This document shows, in pieces, positions 13,049-25,911 of a DNA stretch of 64,000 bases (position 1 is its first letter; each line of letters starts with the position of its first letter). Under the pieces are notes generated by a model. That model saw only the letters and a program-made list of their open reading frames with translations, did not search any database and had not been told where the DNA came from. The stretch spans positions 270,754,001 through 270,818,000 of the forward strand of contig OZ024741.1 of NCBI GenBank assembly GCA_964016885.1, in the 5' to 3' direction. The translations under genes and the position numbers were made by a program. The stretch is from Eledone cirrhosa. Lineage: Eukaryota.

Positions 13049-13384
13049 ATATTAAAGTAATGTTGTGTCAGATGACCCCTAGTCAATACAGCATGGACCT
13101 TAAATATTAAAGTAATGTTGTGTCAGGAGATGGCCCTAGTCAACACCGCATGGACCTTAAATATTAAAGTAATGTTGTGTCAGATGACCCCCTAGTCAAC
13201 ATCACATGGACCTTAAATATTAAAGTAATGTTGAGCCAGGAGATGACCCTAGTCAACACATAATCATCAGCCAGCCTAATCTGATGTAGGATAGCCTGAG
13301 TATGGAGCAAATAACAGAAAAAAAAAAACAGATTGAAGAAAATATATACAACAGGAAATAATAAACATTAACTGACAAAGGTCA

Positions 13385-14160
13385 TCATCATCGTTATCAT
13401 CATTTTACTTCCATTTTTCCATGCTTGTACAGTATGTCTCCATTCATCGCAACCCAGCTGAAATTCAGTGATTTGGTATCAGCTCTCACAACCTCCAACC
13501 AGATCTTCCTTGACCTCCCTCTATCGTAGCTTCCTTCTACTGGGATTTCTTGGTACTTCTTCACCCAACAATCATCATCAATATTCATCACATGACCATA
13601 CCAGCACTGTCTCCTCTCCTACACACTACATCTGATTCCTCTTATATCCAGCTTTTCTCAAGCTCTTTGTTGTTCAGGCACATTAACATTGCACCTCCAT
13701 CGGTGCATGTTTGCTTCATTTCTCTCTAGTTTTCACATATCCTCTACATTCCCTGCCCATGTCTCACTATCGTACATCACACTTTGGTCACAAACATCAT
13801 ACAGCCAGCCTTTCTTTCACAGAGAAAAAGAAACCTTTTGCTGTCAACAGAGGTTGTTGTCCCCTGAACTTTTTCCATCTGTTCTTACTCAAGCTACTAT
13901 GTTCCTGGTGCTGCCTCCTCCCTCACTAATTTGATCACTTAGGTTGCAGAAGCTATCAACCACTTCTATAAAACCTTCATGGGATTGGAAAACATTTATC
14001 TCACTGATTTTCTTACTATTAACTATTCCTGTCCATCTCCCACATTTCTGTTAGTCTGTCTGCTCTCCCACCTATATACCTCTTGTGTATCCAAGATTTA
14101 CATTGAGTACATCATATAAAGTCAATATCTACTTCTGTTTTACAAATTGAGCAAGACCAC
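13385..14160 (-). pseudogene. Old decayed RTE LINE 3' fragment
   Basis: CWVKKYQEIPVEGSYDRGRSRKIW; (CAT)n tail at about 13383. Confidence 0.65.
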
Positions 14161-14245
14161 TTTCTCTGATCACCAACATTGTAGCCTCTGCTCTTGTACC
14201 AGTGGACAGGTCTTTTGATTTATCACACATACATCTATATATATA

Positions 14246-15171
14246 GGGTTATTCCATATCAAATCACCCAGTTTCAGAAAAATTTCCCATGTCATGCCAT
14301 CAGATCCCCCTGAAAAAATTCATACTAGCTCCTGCACCTATATGATGGAAAAATATCAAGTATTAGGTCAATATCTTTGATAGTTTTGAAATTGTAGGCC
14401 TTTAAAATATTAATTATGAATTTTTTCTGAACGAGCCTCTCAGACCAACTTGAGACAGCCATTTCTCCTCTAATAAGGTAAGCACAACTTTGAAATCATG
14501 TGTTTGGGGCTAACTTTTTCTGAAGAGTTCAAATATTAGATCAAATCACGTGTATTGTGTATATTTTTCCATCTACAGGCCTCTGAAAATTGCCAAGAAT
14601 TAAATGTACAGCAAGTGTATGACTCTTTTAGGTATTTCTATTTTCAATAGGTACATTAGATAAAGCAACCATAATTGTTTTCCTGTTACTTAGCATATAG
14701 TAGACCACTTCTGAGCAGTAACCATGTTAGTTACTATTATGGGAGTGTCAGAATAAGTTTTTGAAATATGTGCGATTTAAAAAAATACCCATTTGAAGCC
14801 CTTAGTTGACCATGTAGGCAGTTCACCATGCATTCTTATACTTCCTAGGTGATAGAAATTTGGTTTTGTTGCTGAGCTTCTTTTCAGAGTTGTGAATTTT
14901 TAGGAATTCAGTTGTCAGTATTTTATACAGGATCAACTTATTCATAAAGCATTGATATAAAACAGCATGTTGCATGCCTGTGAACAGTGTCCTGGGAAAA
15001 ATGTATAATTAATAAATATTTTAAAGGCCTACAATTTCAAAACTATCAAGGATATTGACCTAATACTTTATATTTTTCCATCATATGGGTACAGGAGGTA
15101 GTATAAATTTTTTCAGGGGACCTGAGGGGGGTGACTTGAGACCCTCTGGGTGATTTGATATGGAATGACCA
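14246..15171. mobile_element. Non-autonomous DNA transposon with imperfect TIRs of about 170 bp (possibly Zator-like)
   Basis: GGGTTATTCCATATCAAATCACCCAG ... CTGGGTGATTTGATATGGAATGACC; inner arms 14305-14412 and 15015-15120 are also complementary; TA flanks. Confidence 0.75.
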
Positions 15172-15179
15172 TATATAAA

Positions 15180-15722
15180 TACTAGGCCACCCGTGAACCG
15201 TTGGGTTACGTTCATTTCAAATTATTTTTTTAAAATCATGTTCACTTAAAAATAATTTTTAGATAATTAAAATATACACAGTGATGTATATAATAGGAAA
15301 TGAAACTGGAAGGCCCATATATATATACGTGTGCATGTATATATATAAATGTGTGTGTTTGTACACACACACATATATATATGTGGGTGTCTGTGATCTA
15401 TATACACTAGTCATAGACACACACACACTCATATATATATTTACACAACAACACCACCAGCTCTCTCTTCCATTTTCCTTCTCTGTCTCCTCTCCCTCTC
15501 TTTATGTCTCCCTTTCTCTCTATCCTTCTCTCTCTCTGTTTATGCAGGTACCCAGAAAACTCCATATCTCGGGAACCCGTGCATCGATTTATGAGAAACT
15601 TGTTTTATTCCATTTGTATTCCCATTTCAGGGACAACTTCCTTTCAAAGTATTTTCCCATTATGCACCCTTTTGCCTGTATTACATTAGACAAGCAAGCA
15701 ATCACAGACTTTTAGTAATATA
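15180..15722 (+). mobile_element. Possible non-autonomous Helitron/Helentron-like element
   Basis: Starts TACTAGGCCACCCG, has internal microsatellites, ends CACAGACTTTTAGTAATATA. Confidence 0.35.
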
Positions 15723-15737
15723 TATATACACACATAC

Positions 15738-18020
15738 ATCATCATCATCGTTTAACATCCATCTTCCATGCTATCATGGGTTAGACGGGTTTGTCCCATT
15801 TAGAGCCAAGTTTGGTTCGATGACCGTGTCTCACTCATATAGGACAGTTTCTGGATAGTTTTTTACGGCTGGATTCCATTCCTACTGCCAACCACATTTA
15901 CAGTGTGGGCTGGGTGCTTTTTGTGGTGACATCTACCAATTTCATCCCATCGGTTCACACATAACCACACCTTGACCCTCCACTGCATTTCATCTAGATC
16001 AATTCGCTATCTGATTAGTTGTGCTATAACTCTTTCTGTGACCTTCATGACCTGGTCAACTAACTTAATGCCTCTATAGTTTCCCCTATCTAGAGCATCT
16101 CCTTTACCCTTGTTGCAGTTAATGATGATGCTGCTACGCCAGTCATTTGGTATGCCCCCATTCTGTATTACTTGGTTTACTATCCGGGTGACCATACTGT
16201 GTCCCACCATTCCAGATGCTTTCAACATCTCAGCAACTATCTCCGAAGGCCCAGCTGCCTTGCCTGTCTTCATATCTTTGATTGCCTTACTTATTATACT
16301 ACCTTTAACTTGCACCACTGGTCCCTCTAATGGATCGATTTGGGGCAGACTAACTTTTTCTCAATTATTCTCCTCATTTAGTAGTCTCTCATCGTGACAC
16401 TTCCAGGCTATCTTCTTATCAGCATCAGTGATGGCAAGTACACCATCATCATTACAGACACACTTCTCCCCGACAATATCACGGTTTCCCTTGACACATT
16501 GTCTAGCAATCCTGAACACCTCACGTTTTTGGTCCTCGCATTGTAGAAGATGCTTGAACTTTCTTTCCTCTGCTTCCCTTCTTGCAAAGTACAATTTGCT
16601 CCTAGCTTCTCTCCTGGCCACTTGATAGTCTTCTCTACTTCCCCCATCCCGCCATACTTTCCAAGCCTACTTTTTGGCCTTGATTGACTCCTCCACCTTA
16701 CTGTTCCACCACCAAGTTACTCTCCTCCTGCCAATAGGTCTGCTCCAGCCACAGATTTCATCTGTCGCCTTCAGCAGGTTAACTTTCAAGAATACCCACT
16801 GTTCTTCTATATTGTACGTCTCTAATTGCTTTTCCTTACTGTCAAAAGCATCAAGTAATATGCTTTTAAATTTGTTACTGGCTGTGGGCTCCTTCAACTT
16901 CCATATTCTTCTCCTCAGGGTAGTCCTCCTCTGTTGTCGAGTACGTCTAGTCCTGACTATGAAGTCACTAACTATGAGGCTATGTTGGGAGGTGCATTCT
17001 TCACAGGCGAGGGATTTAGTGTTTACAACAGACACTCTGTCACGTCTTCTGGTAAGGATATAATCTATCTGGCTGGTATGTTCCCCTGATCTATAGGTGA
17101 CCAAGTGATTGTCTTGTTTGAAGTTTGTGTTCCAGATAGTTAGGTTATTAGCGTCACAGAATTCCAGGATTTTGAAGCCTTCCTCATTTCTAGTACCAAA
17201 CCCATAGCCTCCATGGATTCCGTCATAGCCATCACAATGTTGTCCAACATGACCCTTTAGGTCGCCAGCAATAATTATGTAGTCACTGTTGGTTATTTGG
17301 GAGGTAGTGTGCATTAGTGACTCATAGAACCTGTCCTTTATAACGTCAGGTAGACCAGATTGGAGTGCATAAGCAGATATTATTATCACAGTAGTTCCAT
17401 TTAGGACTAGTCTTATTTTAATTATTCTGTCATTCACTCTATTTACTGCAATTACCCATTTTTCTGCTAACATAATTCCTACTCCACCCAGCCCATTTTC
17501 ATTTCCGACCCAGAAAAGTTTATAGCATCGTTTTTTTACCCACAATGAATCTAGCAGACCCACCTCTCTACCTAGTCTCTTAAACACAACAAACATCAAC
17601 TTCCTTACGTTCAAGCATCTCTACAATCTCATTAGAGTGACCTTTCAAAGTGACTACATTCATGGTACCAACTCTGAAGTTTTGGATTTCGTTGGGTGGG
17701 TGGAATGGATGGGTTGGAAGCGCAGGGAGGGGTGAGGGAGATGGGATTATGTTAGCTTTCCGTGTCTCAAATAAAGAGGAGTCCTTGCATTCTCACCAGC
17801 AACATGAGGTGAATTTATCTTTATCTTTGACATTGTCATTGAGTGTTCAGCTTCTTCAGACTCTCCAAACTTTGTAGTCCATCTAGTATATCGAAAAGCA
17901 ACCAGGTCTAGACATAAGGAGTAATAGCTGAGGCGATGGTTTTGTGATAGAGATCGGTAAGAGAAACATACTATAAACCAGTGAATTATGATTGGACCAA
18001 ATAGCAATGGAGGTGGGGGA
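15738..18020 (-). mobile_element. RTE LINE family A: 5' UTR, APE and RT start joined directly to a 3' UTR
   Basis: ORF 16667-17614 is an APE (IIAGDLKGHVG, SQIDYILT); 16007-16318 has KGDAL..GNYRGIKL; junction at about 15983. Confidence 0.85.
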
Positions 18021-18163
18021 GGGGGAAAGTTAGCGAGAAGATTATTTTTATATAGGTCCTACAGATTCAACCTTATTATTGAAAAGTTAAACGAACATAT
18101 AACAAGTAATCGGAGTTTAAATACGAGAAGATTATTTTAGAGGGTCAGACAGAATTATCGATA

Positions 18164-19146
18164 ACTAGCATTAAAGCCCGGCGTTGCTCGTGGTCAGTAA
18201 GTTACCAAAGTTAGGTTGCACCACCCATTTTATGGCAGCACTTTTTTGTCTGCCAGGCACTGGGTGAATGAATTGTAGACCTGGACTGCAGAAGCAGGAG
18301 CTGCACCAGCAATGACAATTGTAGTTTCGCCTATGGATATTATCTCTGTGCAAAGAAGTGTTGAAATTTATTGTTTTACAGTACTTGCGCAACACACGCG
18401 TAGACGATGCCAGCCGAACAACAGAGCTGCGAAGTAGTTTTCTGCATGGTTGTCTAATGTGTATTTTCTAAATTTAAGACAGTAGGGAGGGGTGTGATAT
18501 GGGGGAGAGTTAGCTGCTGTTTCTAGCAGGTTTAGTGACCTGATAGAGGATATTATTGTGTATAGTAAATAAACTGATACTTCTTTCTTCCACGTTCGTT
18601 GAGAGATGTTTTAAAAAAGATTTATCGCTATTTTATTTGTTGTTGAATAAATTTATCTGTTGCTTTTGAATAATTGTTATTTGGTATGAAATGTAATAAG
18701 TTCTCTTCGTTGTCATTGAAGTAAATAAATGTTTGACCGTTCCACACTAAAAAACAAACGTTCTCTCTCTCTCTCTCTCTCACTCTCTTCTCTCCTCTCT
18801 CCTTCATTTCTTTCTCTCTTCTTTCTTCCGAGTTCCTAAAGGAAGTTTGTAAGTTTAAGCATATATGAGAAAGTTGCAGCATGTATGTAGTTTTATCAAA
18901 TTTTAAGGGGAGTAGAGAGAGGAAATCAGATTGTATTAAAGGGATAAAGCGTCATGTATTTAGTTTTATCGATTATTTCCGTAATTCTGGGTGAGTTGGA
19001 AAAAAATAAATAGTTGTTGAGCTAAGTTAGACCATTTACAACATTCAAACAGACGTTGAGTCGAATCGGTTTGAAATTGTGCAAATGTATAAATATGGAA
19101 CATGCACACACACACACATAACAATCTGCCTTTTATAGATAATGAT
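18164..19146 (+). mobile_element. Non-autonomous Helitron/Helentron-like element interrupting the RTE upstream region
   Basis: 5' AACTAGCATTAAAGCCCGGCGTTGCTCG; 3' (CA)n...ATCTGCCTTTTATAGATAATGAT; flanks resemble the contiguous sequence at 62900-63000. Confidence 0.45.
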
Positions 19147-19531
19147 ATTGAAAAGATTAGATTCTAAGTTAAACGGACATATAACTGATTAATAACAGTT
19201 TATACTGATAGGTAAATGGACCAAGAAACATGGAGATGACAAGAAAATGAACTGAATACATTACATTTCTCAAATCAACAATTCAGCAGTAAGATTCGAC
19301 AAATTCTGGTTCGGTACTCTAGACAGGTTTATTTTATATTTGTGGAGAGAGAGGGAGGGGGTGAGAGAACATGTAGGCGTATAAACAATGTATGAGGGAG
19401 AAAGAAGGAAGGTTCCAGAAGGAAATAATAATAACAATGGGAAAGTTAACGAGAAGATTATTTTTATAAAGGTCCTACAGATTCAACCTTATTATTGAAA
19501 AGTTTTATATATATATATATATATATATATA

Positions 19532-19734
19532 GTAATAATAATAAATTTGAAGACTAAAACCCAAAGAGGGCTCGATAAGGATAAATATATATCAAATATA
19601 TAAGAACCGTAGAGCAAATATTTATTAAAATAACAGATTAATAAATATTTGCTCTACGGTTCTTATATATTTGATATATATTTATCCTTATCGAGCCCTC
19701 TTTGGGTTTTAGTCTTCAAATTTATTATTATTAC
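19532..19734. repeat. Perfect palindrome of about 200 bp made from the terminus of the Penelope element at 38101, embedded in (TA)n
   Basis: Arms of about 96 bp with a short loop; the arm matches 38101-38199. Confidence 0.9.
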
Positions 19735-19867
19735 TATATATATATATAAAATGGAAAAATTTGAACAGGGACAAAACAGAGAGGCAGTACAACGAATGTT
19801 TATTAATTTCACGCTCTGGAGAGTGGGGTGTTGGTGGGGGACAATTGTTATATATATATATATATAT

Positions 19868-20180
19868 GGAGGCACATGGCTTAGTGGTTAGAGCATTGGC
19901 CTTGCAATCGATAGGTATTGAGTTCAAGACACTTTATTTCACATTGCTCCAGTTTACCCAACTGTAGAAATGAGATGATAGGGACTGGGGTCCATATCAT
20001 TCCACTGCAAAGTGGTCGTGGAGGTGCCATGGCAAAAAAGCACTCAGCACTCACTGTAAATGAGGTTGGTGTTAGGAAGGGTATCCAGCTGCAGAAATCA
20101 AGCCAGCATCAGTTCTCGTCCCACCCTTGCAAGCAGGGAAAAAGCGGATGTAAAATGAAATGATGATGATGATGATGATG
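19868..20180 (+). mobile_element. CORE-like SINE with an RTE-B-derived 3' tail
   Basis: GGAGGCACATGGCTTAGTGGTTAG head; ends GCAAGCAGGGAAAAAGCGGATGTAAAA(TGA)n; homologues at 40140-40471 and 41716-41995 (minus). Confidence 0.7.
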
Positions 20181-20220
20181 ATATATATATACATTTGGAA
20201 ACTCTGTTTCGAAAGATCGA

Positions 20221-20315
20221 GGCATATCTGAGGATCTCGCGATTTCAGGGTCAGGTTCGATCATTACATCGATTGTGCCTCAAGCTGGTCACCAGAGAAA
20301 CAATTGTAATATGTC
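20221..20315 (+). ncRNA. Type I hammerhead ribozyme with long stem II region
   Basis: GGCATAT-CTGAGGA-TCT...AGA-GAAA-CAATTG-TA-ATATGTC. Confidence 0.65.
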
Positions 20316-20864
20316 TAATAAATTTTAATTCATCGCACCACTGATTCTCCATTTCTTATGTGATATATATATATCATCATCATCAACACCATTTTACATC
20401 CATTTTTCCATGCTAGCATGGGTTAGACAAGTTGTCCTGTTATGGGTAATGCCAGGTTAAGTGACAATGTCTTGCTCATACAGAAGTAGTTTCTACAGCT
20501 GGACGCCCTTCCTAATGCCAACCACATTTATATATATATTGTTGAACAAATAAAACAAAACAAACACATGTATGTAAAACAAAAAAGTCTTATTAGGTTT
20601 CTGCTTAGAGGAATTGGAAAAGGGTTCTATGTTTCGGAAGGAAGTCTTTCATCAGGAAAGTTCAAATAGAGAGAGAATAGGTAGGTACATGAAAATTTGG
20701 AAAAGATTGTGAGGTTGGCAAGAGGTCTGGTATTCAGGAGTGGAGGGTCAAGGTGTGGTTATGTGTGAGCCAATGGGATGAAGTTGGTAGATGTCACCAC
20801 AAAAAGCACCCAGCCCACAATGTAAATGTGGTTGGCAGTAGGAAGGGCATCCAGCCGTAAAATA

Positions 20865-22010
20865 TATCCCAAATGCAAACTATGGGTACATAAAAGATGT
20901 AGTGGGATCACAGGCAAGCTATCTAAGAACGTAGATTTTATATGTGGCCGATGCTCAAGTGCAATAAGTAGCAAGTTCCCACAGGATACTAGTAGCTCCT
21001 TCTATTGCCCAGATGGTTCTATAGAAATAGTGGACACCTGTTACCTGGGTGACAAAATCAGCAGTGGTGGAGGGTGCTCTGAAAGTACAGTAGCCAGAGT
21101 CAGAATGGGATGGAAAAAGTTCAGAGAGCTTATACCACTGTTGGCCGCTAAAGGTTTCTCTCTAAAAATGAAAGGCAGATTGTATGATGCCTGTATACGA
21201 ACAGCAATGTTACAATGGCAGTGAGACATGGGCATTGTGTGCAAAGGACTTGCACAGACTGGAGAGTAACGAAGCATGCTTGCTCTGTTGGATGTGTAAT
21301 AGTAATATACGCGAACGGCAAAGCATAAATGAACTAAGTCAGAAATTAGGAATAAGAGGGATCAGATGCTGTTTACTTGAGAGAAGACTACGTTGGTATG
21401 GGCATGTGATGCACATGAAAGACGACAGCTGTATAAAAAAGTGCAGAACGATCAAAATTGATGGAAGTTACGGAGTAGGTAGACCCAGAAAAACCTGGGA
21501 CGATTTGATAAATTCCGACCTTACATACTTACACCTCTCTAAGACAATGTCACTGGACTGAGATCTTTGGCGCTACGCAGTAATACAGAAGACCCGCCTT
21601 GCCTATGTACAAAGCGAAATCTACAGTCAGTAGGCACCTCTTAGCCAAATATACACCACATCCCACTACCCCTACTCCACCCTCCCACTACCACCAACAC
21701 CACCCTTTCTCTGTAAACTTATGTTGGTACCACAACATCCAGTCCAAAATAAATGAGGTCGTGTAGGTGTCACAAAAAAAACAAACACTCTCCACGCTGT
21801 AATGTGGCCGTGTAGGTAACACAGTAAAAAGCTCTCAGTCCACACTGTAAACGTGGTTGGTGTTAGGAAGGGCATCCAGCCACAGAAAACCTGCCAGACA
21901 GTCCTATACGAGCGAGACACGGTCACCCGACCAATCTTGCCTCAAGTGGGACAATTTGCATCTAAACCCATGCTAGCATGGAAAATAGACGTTAAACGAT
22001 GATGATGATG
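20865..22010 (+). pseudogene. RTE LINE family A 3' part
   Basis: WVHKRCSG...YLGDKISSGGG, RRLRWYGH, GRPRKTW, (GAT)n tail. Confidence 0.85.
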
Positions 22011-22225
22011 ACACACACAACATCATTTGTATATCTAAAGCATTAGTTTACTAAGATAAGGTCTTTTCTTAAAAAAAGAAAATACTAGTGAAACAAAGTG
22101 CTAACTGAAAATGTTTTTCAAAAAGGATTCAGACACCCAGAGAGGAAACTCAACAGCACTTCACTATCTAAGTATATCTGGATTTTAAAGGATGATAATA
22201 ACACAAATTATAGAATTGATTGATA

Positions 22226-22438
22226 TAGTACTTACTTGAATATAAGACAATACAAATATGAGCTAGCCTAAATATTTTATGTCTGAGAAACAGGCAAAAA
22301 TCCAAACCTTATTTATATAGAATTTGAAGTTGGTGAAAATTGTCAAAATATTGACCCTGAATATAAGCTGACCTCCTTTCTACCATTGATTTTTTTTTGT
22401 TACATATTCCTTGGCTTATATTCAAGTATATGCAGCAT
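22226..22438. mobile_element. Decayed Tc1/mariner(pogo)-like MITE
   Basis: TACTTGAATATAAG ... CTTATATTCAAGTA inverted termini. Confidence 0.4.
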
Positions 22439-22859
22439 ATTGTGTTAATGGTTCCAGAAGGAGAAGATGTAATTTTTGTCATTTGAAGCAGTACAACATC
22501 TTATTGCAATTATTTGAAATTTTAAACAAACGATCAGAATTGGTGAATTCATACAGTCACTTCTCACAATATTTATTGAGGAATACTAATTGATAAACAA
22601 TATATTTCGCACATAACATATTCATCATGCACCTCCTTCAGTATGGGGAAGAGGTAGTGAGGGGGTATTCAGTTACATGTATGGTATGTATATATGGATC
22701 CATAACTCCTGAGGGAGTTGTAGGTGTGCCGCATTAACATACAGTGTATCTAGGGCATTTTTAAAACCTGACAGAGTCCATCTCCTCTCCAGGTCAGAAT
22801 ACAGCAGATTCCTTTCTGAGAAGGCTCGAGAGTGAGAGAATGGAAGTGAGAAAGAGATG

Positions 22860-23030
22860 TAGAAAAAGAATCAACTCCAGTACTTGACTGGAATTTTTTT
22901 TTCTCGAACCTGAATGGATGAAAGGCAAAATTGACCTCAGAAAGATTTAAACTAAGAGAACAGAGAGGCAAAACAAATAACAACAAAACATTCTATTCGA
23001 TGTTCTAATGACTCTGTTAATTCACTGCCT
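22860..23030 (-). mobile_element. Decayed Nin-type SINE
   Basis: GGATGAAAGGCAAAATTGACCTC...GATTTAAACT. Confidence 0.55.
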
Positions 23031-23356
23031 TCATTCAGTTACATATCAACACTAAGACTGCATTAACAATAATCACATTCCATGATTTTATGTTTTACAC
23101 ATATACTATTGAAAACATCATGTATTCTGCTTATGACAATTGAATAAGTGAATGTAAGATGCATTTTCTAACGAATTTTTGGCAACTCATCAAATCTCAA
23201 TGACTAATAATATTTGGAATTGTTTACAAATATTTTGTTTATATACTGTCATGCTGCTTTCCTCCTTCAATTGTTTGAATAACTAGCAATGTGAAACTCA
23301 ATGGACTGATTCAAAAAGCCTCAGCTTCCAATAGTATGTGCATGTGTTTTGTGTAT

Positions 23357-23395
<39 letters not shown>

Positions 23396-24174
23396 TATCA
23401 TTCTCTTTATCACCATTTAATGTCCATTTTTCCACGTTAGCATGGGTTAGAGGAAATGTCCCATTTCAGACAAATCAGATGAGGTGACCATTTATGGCTA
23501 GATTTCTACAGCTGGATGCTCTTCCTAACACCAACCACATTTATAGTGTGGGCTTGGTGCTTTTCGTGTGTGTGTATATATATACATATATATAGTGAAA
23601 GAGTGAAGAATAACATGGTCAACAGTACAAAAAGGGTATTCACAACCTCTAACTGGATTACCAATAACAATAATTTGTATAATATATATATATATATATA
23701 TATATAGTTCAAGGAGACAACAAACAGAGGTACAAACAGTCTTATTAGTTTCACACTTTATATGGAAAGAAAGTTCGACGTGTTAGGTTTTAGCCCTTCT
23801 TCAGGAGTACAAATTAGAGACAGGATCACAAAGAGGATACAGAAATAAAGGAAGTCCAAGAAAGAAAAAAACAAATACATACAATATATATATTCTCATC
23901 TTCATCATTTTTATGTCTACTTTTCTATGATGGCATAGGTTAGACATTGTTGTCATCATCATTATCATTTGATGTCCATTGTTCCATACTTTCATGGGTT
24001 GGATGGGTCCTTCTCAGTTCAACATCTCTCCAATTGTTGCATTCCTTTGTAATCTCCTCTGTGAGCTTAAATGATTTGATATCAGCTCTTATCATTCCAT
24101 CCAAGTCTTCCTTGGTCTTCCTTTACTGCGGCTTCTCTTTACTGAGATTGCGTCATCCCTGTACATCACAGTTA

Positions 24175-24455
24175 CTTTATTGACTAATAGAGTGTACTCT
24201 GTAGATAACAAACACAACCACAAGGATATGGTCCGAACGGGGAAGAGCCGAACTCTCACTGTCATCACTTCCATCTCTCTCGCCCTCCCCATCTCTGTAA
24301 TGGGGGGTCCCACGTGCTGGCCCTCCCCACAGCTCCAGCAGACAGAATGGAGAAGGTGTTTCCCCGGAAGATGGTAAGGGAGATGCACTGGAAGAGCCAT
24401 TCCAGCTCATGGGGCTCACACCTGTGGCTGGCCAGCTCAGCACCTATGGTGGTGT
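24175..24455 (-). mobile_element. CRE-clade retroelement 3' end fragment
   Basis: 24370-24450 is the reverse complement of 31212-31290. Confidence 0.65.
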
Positions 24456-24599
24456 GTATCCAGTTTTTCTCTCAGTTCATCCAAACTCTGCCTTTGTCAT
24501 ATTTACATTATACATCCAATGAAGCATGCTTGTCTCATTTCTCTCCTGCCTTCGCATGTCCTTTTCATTCACTGTCTACTTTCGGGTCTTAAATAATCA

Positions 24600-25040
24600 T
24601 CTTCTCCTGCTTATTAATTTTTCAGACCCCCCCCCCCCCCCCCCCCCAGGTGTCATACAGCTGACCTTTCATTCGTTGGGAGAAACCTTTTATTTTCTTC
24701 TTCCTATGATGCTAAACTCTGCCAGTTGCAGACTGCACATTAACATGCGATATCTCTCTCCACACAATTTGATCACCAACAGCAGAGTTCAAAGAGCAAA
24801 GATCAAGTCCAGTCCATAAGTTGACATTGTCAAGCCATCGTTTTGACTGCCGGCCTTTGCTTCTCGTACCAGCCAACCTTCCTTCCAAGCATAACCTACT
24901 CACACCATGAGTTGATCTTTTTATATGGCCGTATAGTTTGAGTACACTTGACTTGACAATTGATGTAATTGGTCTAAGTTTGGTAATGTTGAGCAGCTCA
25001 CTGATACAGATACATTCGCTGAGCCACTTGCCAGTTATAA
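24600..25040 (-). pseudogene. 3' fragment of a distinct RTE-like LINE
   Basis: LKLYGHIKR...LEGRLAGTRSKGRQSKRWLDNV. Confidence 0.6.
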
Positions 25041-25911
25041 GCAGTTCTCTAAACTTCTTCCATCCTGTTCTTATTCTAGCTACTATGCTCTCATAGCACC
25101 CTCCCTCATTGCTAATTATATCACCTAGGTAGCAGAAGCTATCAATCACTTCTATGGATCTTTCCTGGAATTGGAAAAGGTTTATTTAATTACTCTATTA
25201 TGTGTTCCAGCTGACAGGCTGAGGCCATGCTGGGGCACCACCATATTTATATTTTATTATTGGCACTCTTACTATTAATTGACCCTTAACATCTACTACA
25301 TACAAAGTTTTCCTTTCCTGTTAGTCTGCCAGTTATTCCACTATACCTTTTGTGAACCAAAGATTTGCATTGTGTACGTGATATAGAGTTTATGCCTACT
25401 CCTTTTCTACATATTGAGCAAGGCCACCTCCCTGGTGAGATCAGTACCCTATCTACTTATTAACATTTTGGTTTTTGCTAAGTTTATTCGCAGCCCTTTT
25501 CATTCTAAGTTCTGTTTCTACAGCCAGAATTTTTTCTCTAGTTCTACCTCAAATTCAGCTGAGGACCAGATCATCATTGTTCAGAAGTTCCCATGGACAA
25601 CCAGTCTTAAACTTCTCTGTTATGGCCTGAAGATCTAGGTTAAACTGGAGTGGGCTAAGAGCTGAACCCTGATGCACTCCTACCTTGAATTCCTCACTAA
25701 ACCCACATCCTATTCTCACTTTACTCACAACTCCCTGTACATGGCTTTTACAAGCCACTCTTCTACAGTTAGTTTCCAGATAACAGATTGTGGTACTCTA
25801 TCAAAGGATTTCTCTAGATTAGCAAAAGCTAGATATAAAGGTTTACTCTTAGCTAAGAACTTCTCTTGTAGTTGTTTAATTAAAATGAGGGCATGAGAGT
25901 AGCTCCTCTCT

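Larger units (their letters stand above)
10040..13260. repeat. Minisatellite with about 55-bp unit (AAATATTAAAGTAATGTTGTGTCAGGAGATGACCCTAGTCAACACAGCATGGACCTT), interrupted by a MITE and a DNA transposon
   Basis: More than 12 tandem units at 10040-10220, 10428-10743 and 13049-13260. Confidence 0.9.

Noticed and set aside
10040-13260. Regular repeats resembling a CRISPR array next to a nuclease-like ORF
   Set aside because: Units are contiguous with no unique spacers, the context is eukaryotic, and the ORF is a TIR-bounded transposase
16674-17063. Antisense ORF of about 129 aa repeated at 44831, 47165 and 61478
   Set aside because: Shadow ORF on the opposite strand of the RTE coding region; recurrence reflects copy homology
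20625-20660. Partial hammerhead-like motifs here and at about 22610, 23780 and 35495
   Set aside because: Only part of the core or stems is present; likely decayed pLTR remnants but not individually supportable
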